Assembly (NCBI GenBank): GCA_951406725.2
Contig: OX597838.1
Location: 42,594,001 to 42,658,000, forward strand
Origin: Octopus vulgaris
Lineage: Eukaryota
DNA: 64,000 bases
Direction: 5' to 3'
The notes beneath the pieces are model-generated. The model was given only the letters and a program-made list of their open reading frames with translations. It was not told where the DNA came from and ran no database searches. Shown piece by piece: positions 13,711 through 27,200 of the stretch. The translations under genes and the position numbers were made by a program. How positions within the stretch are numbered: position 1 is the first letter of the stretch; each line of letters opens with the position of its first letter.

Positions 13711-14319
13711 GCATGTATGCTTATACCTACATTTGCAAACAAACAAGGAAGGTCTTCTTTATTTGTGTATTAACAATGGTCAATTTAAGATTTGCCTGCA
13801 AGTGACTTTTCAAACCCAGGCCATAAAAACCCAAGCTGTCTTTCATCTCTTCTTACAGAGAAATCTCATCTCTTTCACCTCTGCTTCTATTCACTCTTCA
13901 TTGATTCCAAACAATTGTGTATAAAACCAATCCTAAATTTCTTGTACCAAATATAAACTTATAACAGCATAACAAAGCAGATTCTCTCAACCAACTCCAC
14001 ACACAATCTTTCCCCCATCGTCTTTGTCATTTCCTCCACCCTTCTATACACCTCTCACCTCTTCCCCTTCAGTTTTTCTTCTCTTTTCTCTCCTCATCCT
14101 GCTTCTTTCTACCCCGCTCCTTTCTTCCTGCACTTCAACTGAAAAAGCTTCAATCTAATACAAATTTGCATTGATTTAATTGTATTAACACCTTATTTCT
14201 GCTCATCTAATCAAATGCTTGTTAATGAGGTATTTTTATGAGAGACCATAAACATACACTTATTAAACTACGCCCACAGTTGAACCACTTGACCACCACC
14301 CACAAGACGAACCAAATAT

Positions 14320-15484
14320 ATTGGGTTGCCCCATAAAAAATGTGTTTTTCTTTCAGCTGCATGAAGTTGGAGGGGAATGGGATAAACTACCTGCAACAAA
14401 TTGCTGTAAAAGCAGGTAGTAATTTTACCTTGTCCTTATTCTTAATGCAAGTTTTGATGAATGCAGTTTGATTTTAACAGTTATTTTTTCAAAGCTACAG
14501 TGGAAATGACAAAGGAGCATATTTGGCATATTTTGTTTTATGAGTTCAATAAAAGCAACAACACAATGGAAAATGCAAGGAATATTTAATGCAGTATATG
14601 GAGATCGGACAATATGTGTAAGCTAGTGTCAATGGTGATTCCAGAAATTCCAAGCTGGAAACTACAGCCTAGAAGATGAGCCTCATCTTGGAAGATCTGT
14701 AAAGCATGACGAGGGCATCCTGCAAACCCTGGTGGAGCAAAATCCCATCGTAACTGTTGAGGAACTAACAGAGAAGCTTGGATTTGGTCATTCAACCATT
14801 CATCAACACCTGCATGCCATCAGAAAAGTCAGCAAATTGGGTCAGTGGGTTCCTCACAAACTTTCTGAGTCTAATTGCATGCAGAGTGAATATGTGCTCT
14901 TCTTTGCTGTTGCATCTCACAAATGAACCTTTTTTGGCACTGAATAGTGACTGGTGACAAGAAATAGGTTCTCTATAAAAATGTCAAGCACTGAAGACAG
15001 TGAGTAGGGAAAAAAGAAACACCAGCACCCCAGGCTAAAGAAGGTCTTCACCCATGTAAGGTGTTGTTATCTATGTGGTGGGGTTTAAAAGGTTTAGTCC
15101 ACTTTGAAATTTTTAACCCAAACCAAACAATAACAAAGGAGATCTAGTGTGGGGAGCTTGAGTGGCTTAAGTCAGCACTAGAAGAAAAATGACCATCTTT
15201 GGTTTCAAGACCAAAGCTGTTCTTCCATCAGGATAATGCTTGACCATATACAGTGAGGATGACATTCCAAACACTGGAGTAGTTTTGATTGGGAAACAAT
15301 GCTCTACCCACCATATTCGCCGGACATTGCCCCATCTGGTTATCATTTATTCTGCAGTCTTCAAAATCATTTGGATGGAAATAATATGAATTCTGAAGAC
15401 GAGGTCAGGACAGTATTTTGTGAATTTTGGAAGAGGGGCCTTGCAAGTCTACCAGATAGACGGAAGAGCATTACAGAAAATTGA
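14320..15484 (+). mobile_element. Mariner transposase pseudogene, 3'-truncated
   Basis: TIR TTGGGTTGCCCC, WVPHKL, VTGD, HQDNA, YSPDIAPS.YHLF motifs with stops and frameshifts. Confidence 0.9.
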
Positions 15485-17410
15485 TAATAAGGGTCAGTGA
15501 TCAGTTTGTAGCTGGAAACTTCTTTTGTGAAATTTCTTCAAAGCAAAAATGATCACTAGAGCTTCTTTCTCTATTTGACTAAATAGTTTTTCTCTGTTGC
15601 TATCAGAGAACATGAGGCATGAACCACTGCCTTCATATTACCGTCTTTATATTTGTGTAGCATTACTGCTCCTCTTCCGTATTCAGAAGCGTCAGAAGCT
15701 ACAACAATCTCTGCTGCAGGATCGAAATGAGCCAGTGGCAAATCCGATTTTAATATCAAACACCTTTTCACAATTTTTTGACCAATTCTGCTTCATATCC
15801 TTTCAGTGGAATTCTCAATTCATGCATATTTGACAATAATTTGCTGGACCTAGAAAAGCTTCTAAGGTCATTATATTAGTCGGAAGAGGCATATTTGTAA
15901 TTGTGTCTGCCCTCAACAGGTCTGGTCATCATCCATTCCTGTCAATAATTTGTCCTAAATACTTAATTTTAGGTAAGAAAAATTCTCATTTTTCCTCACT
16001 CAGTGCGAAACCATAATCTCTTTTCAAAAAACACATTTTACCTGCTCGACATGCTGATCACGAGATTCACTTTTAATTAATATATCATCCAGGTATGGAA
16101 TTGTGAATTCAGTCTGCTAACACTGCATCCATAACCTGTTGAAAAATTGTAGGTGCAACCTTTAGACCAAATGGAAACCTGTCATATTTATACAGTCCTT
16201 TATGTATATTCAGTTTTGAAAATATCGTGCCCCCCATTTAACTTCGTAAAAATATCCTCCGTGGTACGTAGTGGATAGTGACACGTTTCCAGACATTCAT
16301 TCAATCCAGTGAAAAAATTGGAACAAACCTTGATTTTGTTATTTTTTTTTTAATACACGATGTTGGAGCTGACCATTTTGCATATTCCACTTTTTGGATG
16401 ACTCCAATTTTCTCTAATCTGTCTAATTCTTCATCGCCATGCTTTATCGCAGCAAAAGGTACCGTTCTTTTTGGTTTGAACACTGGTATTGCATTTTCCT
16501 TAATTTGGAAACATGCTTCAGTCTTAGTACGCAAACCTAATTTATCCAACAGTATTTCTTCAATTCATCTGATGCCGTATTCTTACTGGAGGAACAATCA
16601 TTTATGTTTTTACAGAACAGATTTATGGGGTGGTCCCCTAAATCAAACAACCCCAGCCAATCAGTTCCGAACATATTTTGTTACATTTTTTTTAACACAA
16701 ACACTGTCACTTTACAGGTTTCACCACAAAACGTAATATCGCTTACCATTTCGCCTAAGAAGAGTAATCTCTCACCTGTAATCTTTCACCTGTGACGCCT
16801 CGCACACTTTTCAATGTTTTCTTTAATGCAGGTTTACCAATTTTCTTCCATGTGTCAGTATCAATAATTGCAAAGTCACTACCTGTGTCTAGTTGAAGTT
16901 TCACACTCATGTCATTTTTTTTATATACACATACTTTCTTTTTGGGGTGTTGTCCTGTCCTTCCGTTGAGCAAACCTTTTTAGAAGAATTTTTTTTTCCG
17001 ACCTTCTTCAGAACTCTTATTGCTGAACATTTTGGATAGAAATTCAATTGTTTCCCCAAAACAAATTTCACTTGTTTTTTTTTTTTTTAAACAAGATAAA
17101 ATTGCAGTATTTTTCATGTTCTGAAGGACCTAATTTCTGTAACAGTGGTCTCACTTTTCCATCGTCTGTCCAACACTTGCATTCTTCCTTCAAGATTTCT
17201 TCATATCTTCTGAAGTACACCAAAGAAGTTATACCCTCTTCTCGGTTATGACTGAATTCAGTTACAGCATTTGCTACGCCATCTGGTGAAAACGAACTTG
17301 CAGTGTTTCCCCGACTTCAACATCAGTTCCAGCAACTGATTGTGTTGTGGTTGTTGCTGCTGTTGCTTTTGCACCTGTAATATGCCAGCTAATAGGTGTT
17401 CTATAATTAA
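15485..17410 (-). mobile_element. Gypsy (K02A2.6/Mag-like) LTR retrotransposon internal remnant: gag, protease, RT, RNase H
   Basis: LQLDTGSD protease, PVFKPKRTVPFA...ELDRLEKIGVI, IPYLDDI RT, VVASDASEYG...HAS..L...EKNY RNase H. No LTRs or integrase seen. Confidence 0.9.
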
Positions 17411-17889
17411 CCAGTTATGTTGGTTTGTGGTGAAGGCAATCTTAGAAGCTGTTGTGCAAACCACCAGTCTTCATTCTGAGACATTGATAAAAATGAAGTC
17501 AGTAAGTTAGACAGCCATAAAAGGGGTCTGAAGACCAACCCCACACCACATGCAACCAAGAGGAGACATTTATAGAAATGGATCATAACGATACAAGGCC
17601 TGCAGAAAGAGTGCAGATTCTCTTTAGGTTCAAGAATTCCATCAAACTCCTTCAGCCCAAACTGGAGCACACTGACTGCTCTGGATTGTTCTCCCACACA
17701 CTTTACCCTCCATTTTGCTACATTATTCTACAGCATCTACATTCATTATGTTTTCTACAAAGAGAATGAAGATCTTGGTTTTCTTTTCGTTTTTCTTGTT
17801 TCACTTTTTGCATCTACCTTCTTTGTATTTTTCCTTCCCCTTTTTTCTTCTAAGACCAACATCCTGGAGATTAACGGCACGTCATATCT

Positions 17890-18545
17890 CTGTTTATCAG
17901 CCGAGTCTATCGTCAATATTGTCACGCCCCCTTCCTTCAAACAGGAAGGAAGAGCTATTTTCATCATCCTTGTGGCTATGACGAAAGAATGTATCTGGTG
18001 GACGCGTCTGAAAGGATTGGAGACAAACACTTTCCTCTCTGGTCAATCTCTCATCAACTTCTTCAAGTATCACTTGAAAAGGAAAGTGAGAGTAGAGAGG
18101 CAAGTTTTGTCTAGCGAATGTTTTAAAAAAAGATGGGTGAATGTAGCAAGGATGGCACATATAAATGACAAAGCCACCTTGAGCATGATCCTATGAACCC
18201 AGAAATCGAAAACAGAGGGTTACCTACTTGCAAACAAATGTGGTAACATATAGCAATATTGACCGAGGTTACCGTGGTCTTTTCCGTAGGCTTTTCTTCC
18301 CACGGATAAACCTTATCTGCTTCCCCCTTTACACCTTACATCATGACACTGTGATACATGATCCCTATTGATCGTTTATTTTTCTTTTGTTTCTTTTCTT
18401 TTTTTTTCTGCTTCTTTCCCTTTTATGATCCCTTTTGATCAAAAACCTACCCCACCTTTTTTTCTATTTTCCCCCAAAAAGAAAAGCTCTACTTTGTAAT
18501 CTGTCCCGCCTGTGTGCAGCCCTGTGTGGATAATAAAGAAACATA
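17890..18545 (+). mobile_element. L1/Tx1-like LINE 3' end (ORF2 C-terminus plus 3' UTR)
   Basis: Open frame ...LVAMTKECIWWTRLKG...RKVRVERQVL...FKKRW, pyrimidine-rich UTR ending AATAAAGAAA. Confidence 0.6.
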
Positions 18546-19382
18546 TATGCCAATTTATTGTATCTCTAAAGCATGAAACTCTTAGTAGCTTTTTTTGTAA
18601 ATTGTGTATATCAAATGGTTAGGGTATTGCACTCACAATCGCAAGACCATAGTTTCAATTCCTAGACAGGGCAGTGTATTGTGCTCTAGATTAAAACCCT
18701 TAATGTTACATTGCTCTGTGGTCACTTTGGCACCTGTTGCATGGTATATTGTGCACCTGTTCAGACAATGTCAATTTGATGGAGAGAGGGAGCTGATGCT
18801 CTGCCCATACGTTTGATCAGCGTAAAGGAAACCATTTAATGAGCAGGTCGTCCGCTAAAGACTGAACACTCAGACATCATCTTTGATAGGAGAGGCCACC
18901 ATATAAATATATATATATATATATCATCATCATCGTTTAACGTCCGTTTTCCGCGCTAGCATGGGTTGGATGGTTCAACCGGGGTCTGAGAAGCCAGAAG
19001 GCTGCACCAGGCTCCAGTCTGATCTGGCAGTGTTTCTACAGCTGGATGCCCTTCCTAACGCCAACTAGTCCGCAAGTGTAGTGGGTGCTTTTTACATGCC
19101 ACCTGCACAGGTACCACAACTACTATTTCCATTGATATTTATTTTGATGTTCATGTACTTGACTCAACAGGTCTCCTCAAGCAAAGTGGATATATATATA
19201 TATATATATGTATATATAAGGTATAAGGTATAAGTTGGAGGTGTTAAGCCCTCTAAGGGATAGAAGTATCCAGAGGCACTCGTGGTAATTACTTCAGTAA
19301 GTATGGTGCTTGGTATAAGGTGTGCAGCAGCAGGAAATTTAAAAAGGTAAACTGTAATATATATATATAGAGAGAGAGAAAG

Positions 19383-19447
<65 letters not shown>

Positions 19448-22339
19448 TATATATATATATGATGTATGTATATATGCATATATTAACACAGACAAGCACA
19501 CACAAATACATTCATACATTTACATAAACACACACACACACACGTGTGCGTACTGAAGCAATACACCTTTCGTTGCTTACCTTTGACTTCAGTTCTCTGA
19601 CCACCAATGTTCCAGCCAAATCCTTTTCTTGCACACTGTCTACCAAGGACTACAATATCCAATGCGCCACTTCCTTTTCATCGGAGGAGCACCTGGCTAG
19701 AGTTTACAGGTCACATGACCACATAATCTCCCCACACCACCCCTCATAACGACTTATACCTCAAACATGTTACTAAGTCCGGTAACTGCTGGGTGATAAT
19801 GACATCGCAATAAATGTCATGGTTTTATTGCCCAAGTCTACCTAAGGTAATCAATCTGTTCAGAGCTCACCTCTCTACAGTACTTCAAATTATTGAATTA
19901 GGTTAAGTGGGTTGGTGGGAACTTTAGTACACCGGTCATATAACCCCCACCTTTTAATTCAATGCGTGTGTGTGTGTGTGCGTGTGGCCTAGTGGTTAGG
20001 GTGTTGCACTCATAATCGCAAGATCGTGGTTTCAATTCCCAGAACGGCAGTGCATTGTGTTCTTAAGCAAAACACTTCTCATTGCTCCAGTCCACTCAGC
20101 TGCTTAATGGGCCACCCCCTCTAAGGGACTGGTGTCACATTCAGGGGGAAATGTTGGCCTGTCCACCTAGACAGCAGTGGCGTGGCATCATTTGAAAGTT
20201 ACAACAATGTGAGGAAGTGCATTGTGACCAGCAGGGTTTAACAACATCTGACAGTCTGGTTGATACAGTGAGATATATATATCGTTGCTATTATGCAAAA
20301 GTGTCGTAAGTCCAAAATGTTGCTTTTTCAGAAAACGAAAAAATAGTTTTACCATTCCATAACAAAACCGTTGTCCTACACTTTGACAATCTTTGATATC
20401 TTGGCATCTGAAGCAGCTGGAAATAAGATAGTTTGACCAAAAGAACCAGCTATTGTAAGCGAAAATAAATATTCTTTTCTACTCTAAGCCTGAAGTTTTT
20501 AGGGAGGGGGCCTGTCGATTAGATCGACCCAGTACGTAACTGGTACTTAATTTATCGACCCCAAAAGGATGACAGGCAAAGTTGACCTCGGCGGAATTTG
20601 AACTCAGGACATAAAGGCAGACGCCATACTGCTGAGCATTTTGCCTGCTGTGCTAACGATTCTGCCAGCTTGCTGCCTTAGCAAAAATAAATATTGAACA
20701 AAATGCATTTGTCCAAATTTTGGACATACAACAGTTTAACATAATAGTAACGATATATATAAACACGTTCGGGGGACACTACTTCTCCCTTTTTGATTCA
20801 CTTTGCTCTAATTAAATATTCTAAATTACTTGAGATGCCCTTCTTGCTTTGTTTCCCTTTTCCTTTAATATATATAAACACATATACACATATAGAAACT
20901 CACATATATCATCAACATCATCATCATCATCATCGATATTCCGTGCTGGCTTCGGTTGGATGGTTTGACTAGGATCCGATGAGTCAAGGAACTACATCAT
21001 GCTCCAGAGTTTGCTTTGGAAAGGTTTCTACAATTGGACGCCAATCCCTAATGCCAACCACCTTAGAGTGGTGTACTGGGCGCTTTTCTCATACCATTGA
21101 GGTCAGCATGTAGCTTGCAAGTCAACAATCCCTGGGTAAGAGGATGCTGTGTCTGTATGGGGTTTAGGGCATGGGGGAAGAGGTTGGGGGTAGAGCAGGT
21201 TTCGTTAGAGGGGAGTTACATGACTACTCACATCTCCGAGGAGGTAGGCCAAGGTGGATAAGGTGTCCAGGTGGAACCTCAGGTAGCAGGTGGTGATGGG
21301 GTAAATGGGGGATTGCAAGAATGTAAGGAGGGAGGAGTGTTAGGGGACATGGGAGAGGGAGGAAGGCAACATCTGTAAAGATTAGGAAGGGCTGAGGGGA
21401 AAGGGACGAAAGGGTTGGAAAGGCTACAGGGATATGAGCAGTAAGGGAGTAAGGATACCATTGATTGGGGCGCAGGGAGAAGAGAAAGGACATGTTTGAG
21501 TAGGGTGCAGTGTGGAAGGAGAGATAATCAGGGGGTCTGGGGAAGGGGATGGCCACTGTAACATGTGGGTGTGGAGAGCAATATTAATGGATGAAGAATG
21601 GCTAACAAGGGAGAGGGTTCTGGACAGCAAAACTGAAAAATGGTATCAGGATGGGGGTGGGGAAAGATTTTTGGTGGATGATAATATGGTGTGAGGGTTA
21701 TATGAGGCGGGTTACATTGATTGAGATGCTCATATATATGCACCATGTGTTTATAGCAGTGCAGTCTCCTTTCTCGAACCACTGCATCTGCTCCCTCTAA
21801 TACTCTGCCATCCAAGCACACTTACACAAACATTGCTCGTTTCATTCCTCTCCAGTTTCCTCATGTCCTCCATTCCTGTATCAACACAAGCCTCACATAA
21901 TCTGCTTCCCACTCTCTGGCCAAACACCTCCTTTGCCAGCAGCTCTGGCTAATTGCCTCAACTTTTCCCAGCCTCTTCTTACTCCGGCTGCTCTGCACTC
22001 AAAGCAGTTGCCTCCCTTGCTGACTACAATCGTTATAACCAGTCCTTATTCCCCCAGAATGTTGTCCCTCTGGATTTCCTTCACAGCACGTCTTTCCAGT
22101 GGCTTTTAATATGCAACCACACAAAAAAAATAATAAAAATAAGCAATAATTATATCAACCCTATCAGTCTTGGAGAACCTGTAAAAGACTTGGGTACAAT
22201 CCCTTATCTTAGACCACACTGATAAGAAAAAAATGCAGTATTTATTGTAGAACTTTAAACTTGTGACATTATGGCACAACATATCTAATTACTGGTACAC
22301 CACAACTTGACTAATTAATGCTGTATCACAATATAACTT

Positions 22340-23910
22340 TTGGGTTGGCCAAAAAAGTACATTTGGCTTTTTTTAAGTGAAAATAAAGCAAAAGTTTTAA
22401 ATACAAAGTGATTTATTTAATGTTCTTTTATTTTTTATTTGTTTCAGTCATTTGACTGTGGCCATGCTGGAGCACTGCCTTTACTCAAGCAAATCGACCC
22501 CAGGACTTATTCTTTGTAAGCCTAGTACTTATTCTATCGGTCTTTTTTGCTGAACCGCTAAGTTACGGGCAAGTAAATGTACCAGCATCATTTGTCAAAC
22601 GATGTTGGATACACACACACACAAATATATATTTATATATATACGATGGGCTTCTTTCAGTTTCCATTTGCCAAATCTATTCACAAGGCTTTGGTTGGCC
22701 TGAGGCTGTAGTAGAAGGCACTTGCCCAAGGTGCCATGCAGTGGGACTGAACCCAGGACCATGTGGTTGGGAAGCAAGCTACTTACCACACAGCCACTCC
22801 TGTGCCATATAATTACCATTTCATTCCAGTATTTTCTGCCTTCTTGTGTTCAGATCCATTATTCCCTGCTCAATATTCCCTGAATTTCCTAGCCTTACTG
22901 GTAAAAAGCTCTTCCAGGTAAATTTGTGCATCTCTTCGGAGTTGAAGATTTGTCCATTTAATGAATTTTGAAGAGACCAAAACAAGTGAAAATCTGAAAG
23001 CACAAGGTCAGATGAGTATGGAGGGTGCAGCAAAACCACCCAGCCAAACCCCCAACAACTTCTGCTGCATCTGCAAAGAAGTGTGCAGTCTGGCATTGTC
23101 GTGATGAAAGACAATGCCCTTATGATTATCAAGTGCTGGACGCTTCCGGTGGATCTTGCATTTCATTTGTCCAACTGGTCACAATATACATCCAACTTGA
23201 AGGTCTTGGAATAGTGTTAACATAAAAGACAAAACCATTCCAATTCCACCATATTGAAAGCATAACCTTCAGGTAAATTCCTGCTTTGGAGCTTGTTTGT
23301 GGTGGTTAACTGTGCTTCGCCATCACCATCTGTGCTTCACATTATTATAGACAATCCATCCATTCCGATCCCACCTGTCACCATTCTCTTCATAAAACGA
23401 TCATTTTCTTCGTGTTTCTGCAATGAATTGCAGATGGAGATCCGTTGGGTGAAGTCAGCCGGATTCAATTAGTGTGAGACCTAAACATTGAACCTGCTGA
23501 TGAAAGTGGATTGCATCACAGCTTCATTTGGATATTTGGTGACTATCTGTGACCCTCTTTGGTCATATAACAAGGGCTGACATTGTTGTTAATCTCAATT
23601 GGTCAGCCAGAGAGAGAGAGATGCATCTTGAACCAATCAAAATCTTAAAAACCACTTCTGGCACACAAGTTCCAGAACAGGGTCCTCTCTGGATACACTG
23701 AATATATTCTGCTGCTTTCTGGCCTGTTTTAAAATGAAAAAAAGCTTCAGGTGTCAATCATAGTTGTTTTGGTTCTCCATTTACAGGTGATCCCAAGCAC
23801 TCAAAATACGTGTCTGGTCCCATGGGCAAGGGACAGACTGAAGTTAGCAACTTTATTAGAGTGCTTGAAGTTTACTGTCAACAAAATCAGACTTTTTGGC
23901 CAATCCAATA
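22340..23910 (-). mobile_element. Decayed mariner with both TIRs, SINE inserted at about 22430-22805
   Basis: TIRs TTGGGTTGGCCAAAAA / TTTTTGGCCAATCCAA; LLHPPYSSDLVLSDFHLFWSLQN motif. Confidence 0.85.
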
Positions 23911-24184
23911 ATTAATGCTGGACCACAACATATCTAATTAATGCTGCGCAACAACCCAACTAATTAAGGTCGTACCATGTTTAATTATTATTCCTGCAGT
24001 TGTCATTTTCATAATAACTTGTAGACATTTCTTTTCTTTCAACAACGATGGAAACGATGTTGAGAGCAGCCCACGTCATCACCAGAAGAAGAAGAAGAAT
24101 GAGAAATGAAAAGAAAAACAATAAATAAAAGAAAAGGGGAAAATATAAATAACAAATTTACTGAAAAATTTACATATGCAGCTT

Positions 24185-24208
24185 TTAGCTCTTACCCTTA
24201 ATATATGT
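24185..24208 (-). CDS. OTUD3: Probable OTUD3 terminal coding exon (TYIKGKS*)
   Basis: Long polypyrimidine tract then CCTACAG acceptor at 24209, in phase 0 with exon 7. An internal GTAAGA donor at 24195 allows an alternative 13-nt microexon. Confidence 0.45.
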   Translation of the reverse strand, partial: TYIKGKS

Positions 24209-27200
24209 CTGTAGGATGCAATCAGAGAGGAAGAGAAGAAAAAAGAGAAGAAGCTGGAGGCAGAGGTTGGAAGTGGCATGAAAGCCATTGGCAGGGAGGA
24301 GGAGGGAAAAGGAGGGGAAGGTGGAGGGTTCGAGTTCAAATGGAGTCGGAGAAAGAAGAAGGAAGAGAAGATTGAATTGAGAAAAAGTCTAGCAAATCTA
24401 ATTTCCGCTACAGTACACGCACCCTGGGTATCATGTGCTTGGGTCGAGCACCGCTGCTGCTGCTGCTGCTGTCACCGCTCAGTGAACCGTAGCCCGAACT
24501 TTCACTGGTGCAGTCGTCGGTAAAGTGAACGCGAGAGTCCTTAGATTTCCTCAGCGATGTCGATGAAGACGACAACGAAGGAGGAGAAGAGGTGGAAGAA
24601 GTTGCAGAAGAGGAATTCTGTGCAAGAGTACCAAACAGTCGCGATCCGGATCCTGTTTCTGACCACAGACATGAATCTGATTTTCCTAAAGCAGTCTTTT
24701 TCCCATGCACTGATTTCTCTGAAATAACAGAAGAACCGACAGAAATTAGTAAAACAACGGAGTCGTTAGAATGGTAGGAGTTGAAAATAAAGAAAAGATA
24801 ACATTAATACTTTGTTTTGTCTTCCCTTGCAAATCTATTTATATTTCAATCTGTTCAGTCAGAAGATCAACTGTTAAGCTGCTCATAGCAGTGAATTATG
24901 CCCCCTTGCCTTTGTCTACTTCACCACCAGGTGGACTGGGCAAAGGACAGTTTTACATCTTGACAACAGATTTTACAGCAGCACTTTTTAGTTGAATGTG
25001 AATTAACATCATCTTCATTAAAGGTTTGGTTACTGTAATGACCTGTGTCACAGGGAGGTTGGAAATATATTTAGGAAACATCTCACCAAAACTGTTTACA
25101 ATTTCAAAATTTTAATTTCATATACACCATGGAAATGCTCCAACTCATATATATATATATATATACTTATATATACATATATATTTATTCATATACATAC
25201 ATTATATATGTGTATATATATAATACTATATTATATTACATTATATTATATTCTATTCTTGAGCTCCTGGACTCATGAAGCCAGTTACATGTTTTCCAAG
25301 GTGTATAATTGATCAAGATGGCAACATTGCCCCTCAATGGGATGCTGGTCTGCTGCCTGAGGTTCAAGTCTACCAATTTTTATGGGGAGGGGATTGAGTT
25401 GATCCCAGCGTTCGATTTGTATTCTATTGATCCTAAAAGGATGACCTTGTTGGGATCTGGGCTCAGGATGGAAAGAGCCAAAAGAAACGAGTCATCTCCT
25501 CTGGATGTCATTTTTCACCACTTCATCCCACGTCTTCTTGGGTTTCCCTCTTCCACATCTTCCATCCACATCTAGCAAGCAGCACTTCTTTAAGCAGCTA
25601 TCTTCCTCCTCCTCCTCCTCCATATGTCATTATCAGTTTCGCTGCCATTCAGTATCACAAACATACTAAAAGAAGGCAGCCGAGCACCTCTGACGTCCGT
25701 CCTTCAGTACTGAAGCCTAAACAACAACAACAATGTTCGGTGGGGAAATAATAATAATACTTTGCATTAACCTTCTTTCCGGGAAATATTCAACAATTGC
25801 AGGAGATCCGCAACGGTGGCATCCACATTGTAGTCATTTTCTTCCAGATATTTCCGGATGACTTCTCGATCCTGCAATGTAAGGAACAGGTTCCCAGCTC
25901 AGAGTCAACTTTACATCTCAGCAATGAAACATATTGCACTTGCAATGAAATAATATCAAATCAGTAACGAAAAAATATTATATCAATACTATAAAAAGAA
26001 ATGCTAACAATGTTTCCACAGCACTCATATCTCATTGGCTCAATGCACTTAGGAGTAGCAGCAGCAGCAGTGGTGGGGACCATGCACGATGAGAGTGCAT
26101 CGCTGCATCCACCATTTGTTAGTGATTCTCAACTATTCCTTTGCACCAATCCGGTGACAACCCCCCTAAAAACCCAAACAACCAAAACAGCTGAATTCTC
26201 TCTCTCTCTCACACTCAGTTTCTTTCTTCCTGAAGAGTTCATCTTGACACCTCATCGCCAGCATTTTCCTCTCCTTCCAGCTTTATAGAATGTGGAATAG
26301 CCAGGTATATCCTCCGTGACAAGCCACCCGTGCTTGCCTCTCTCTCTCTCATACTCCAGCCTCTCAACACCCAGCATAAAAACCACCCTTCCCTTCCCAA
26401 ATACCCACCACCACCACTCATTTTTCCTTTCCACGTGTTGCAAGTTCATTGACAACCTCACTGGCGCTGGTGGCATAGGAAAAGCTCTCAGCGCCAAGTG
26501 CCGAGTGGTTGGTATTAACATGGGCATCCTGATATAGGCACAATACCACAACAGACTTTGCAGTTCAGCATAGTCCTGCCGTTCAATGGAATCTGGGAAA
26601 CTGACTGATGCCACTTTAGAAAATGGATGTTAAATGATGAAGATTGAAACTATTAAAGAACTGTGTCAGTCTACTTTCTTTGATTCTTCATCGTAATCCT
26701 TCATTCCACTTATATTAGAAATGCCTCTGGAAATGATAGAGATAAACATCAAAGCATTTATTTCCCCAGTTCTTAAATATTTTTTTTTAACTTTAGAAAC
26801 CATACTTAAAAGGTGTATTTTAAAATTGGACATATTTCTCAGTGGATAAACATACAGCACCTAAACTATTAAAGATAAGGTTGTTTGCACTGTGATGTTT
26901 GTTTAAGGCAGGTGTAAAAATATTTTATCCTTGTTGTGGCCAGTGTCTAGCTTCCAAAGGCAACTTATTGAAATCACATGCACAAAAGATAATCACAAAA
27001 TCAAATCTACTAATTATTACCATCATCAGTTTGGCATACATTTTCTCATGCTTGCATGGGTCAGACAGAACTCATTGAGGTATGTTTTCTATGGCCGGAT
27101 GCCCTTCCTGTCACCTACCCTCAACTGCTTCCAAGCAAGGAAATATTTCTCTATGGCTGGACATCCATTCACAGAAGACTAGAATTGAGGGTCACCACTT

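Noticed and set aside
14320-17410. Gypsy nested inside the mariner with the mariner 3' end beyond it
   Set aside because: No mariner 3' TIR or Gypsy LTR/TSD found after 17410; only adjacency is supported.
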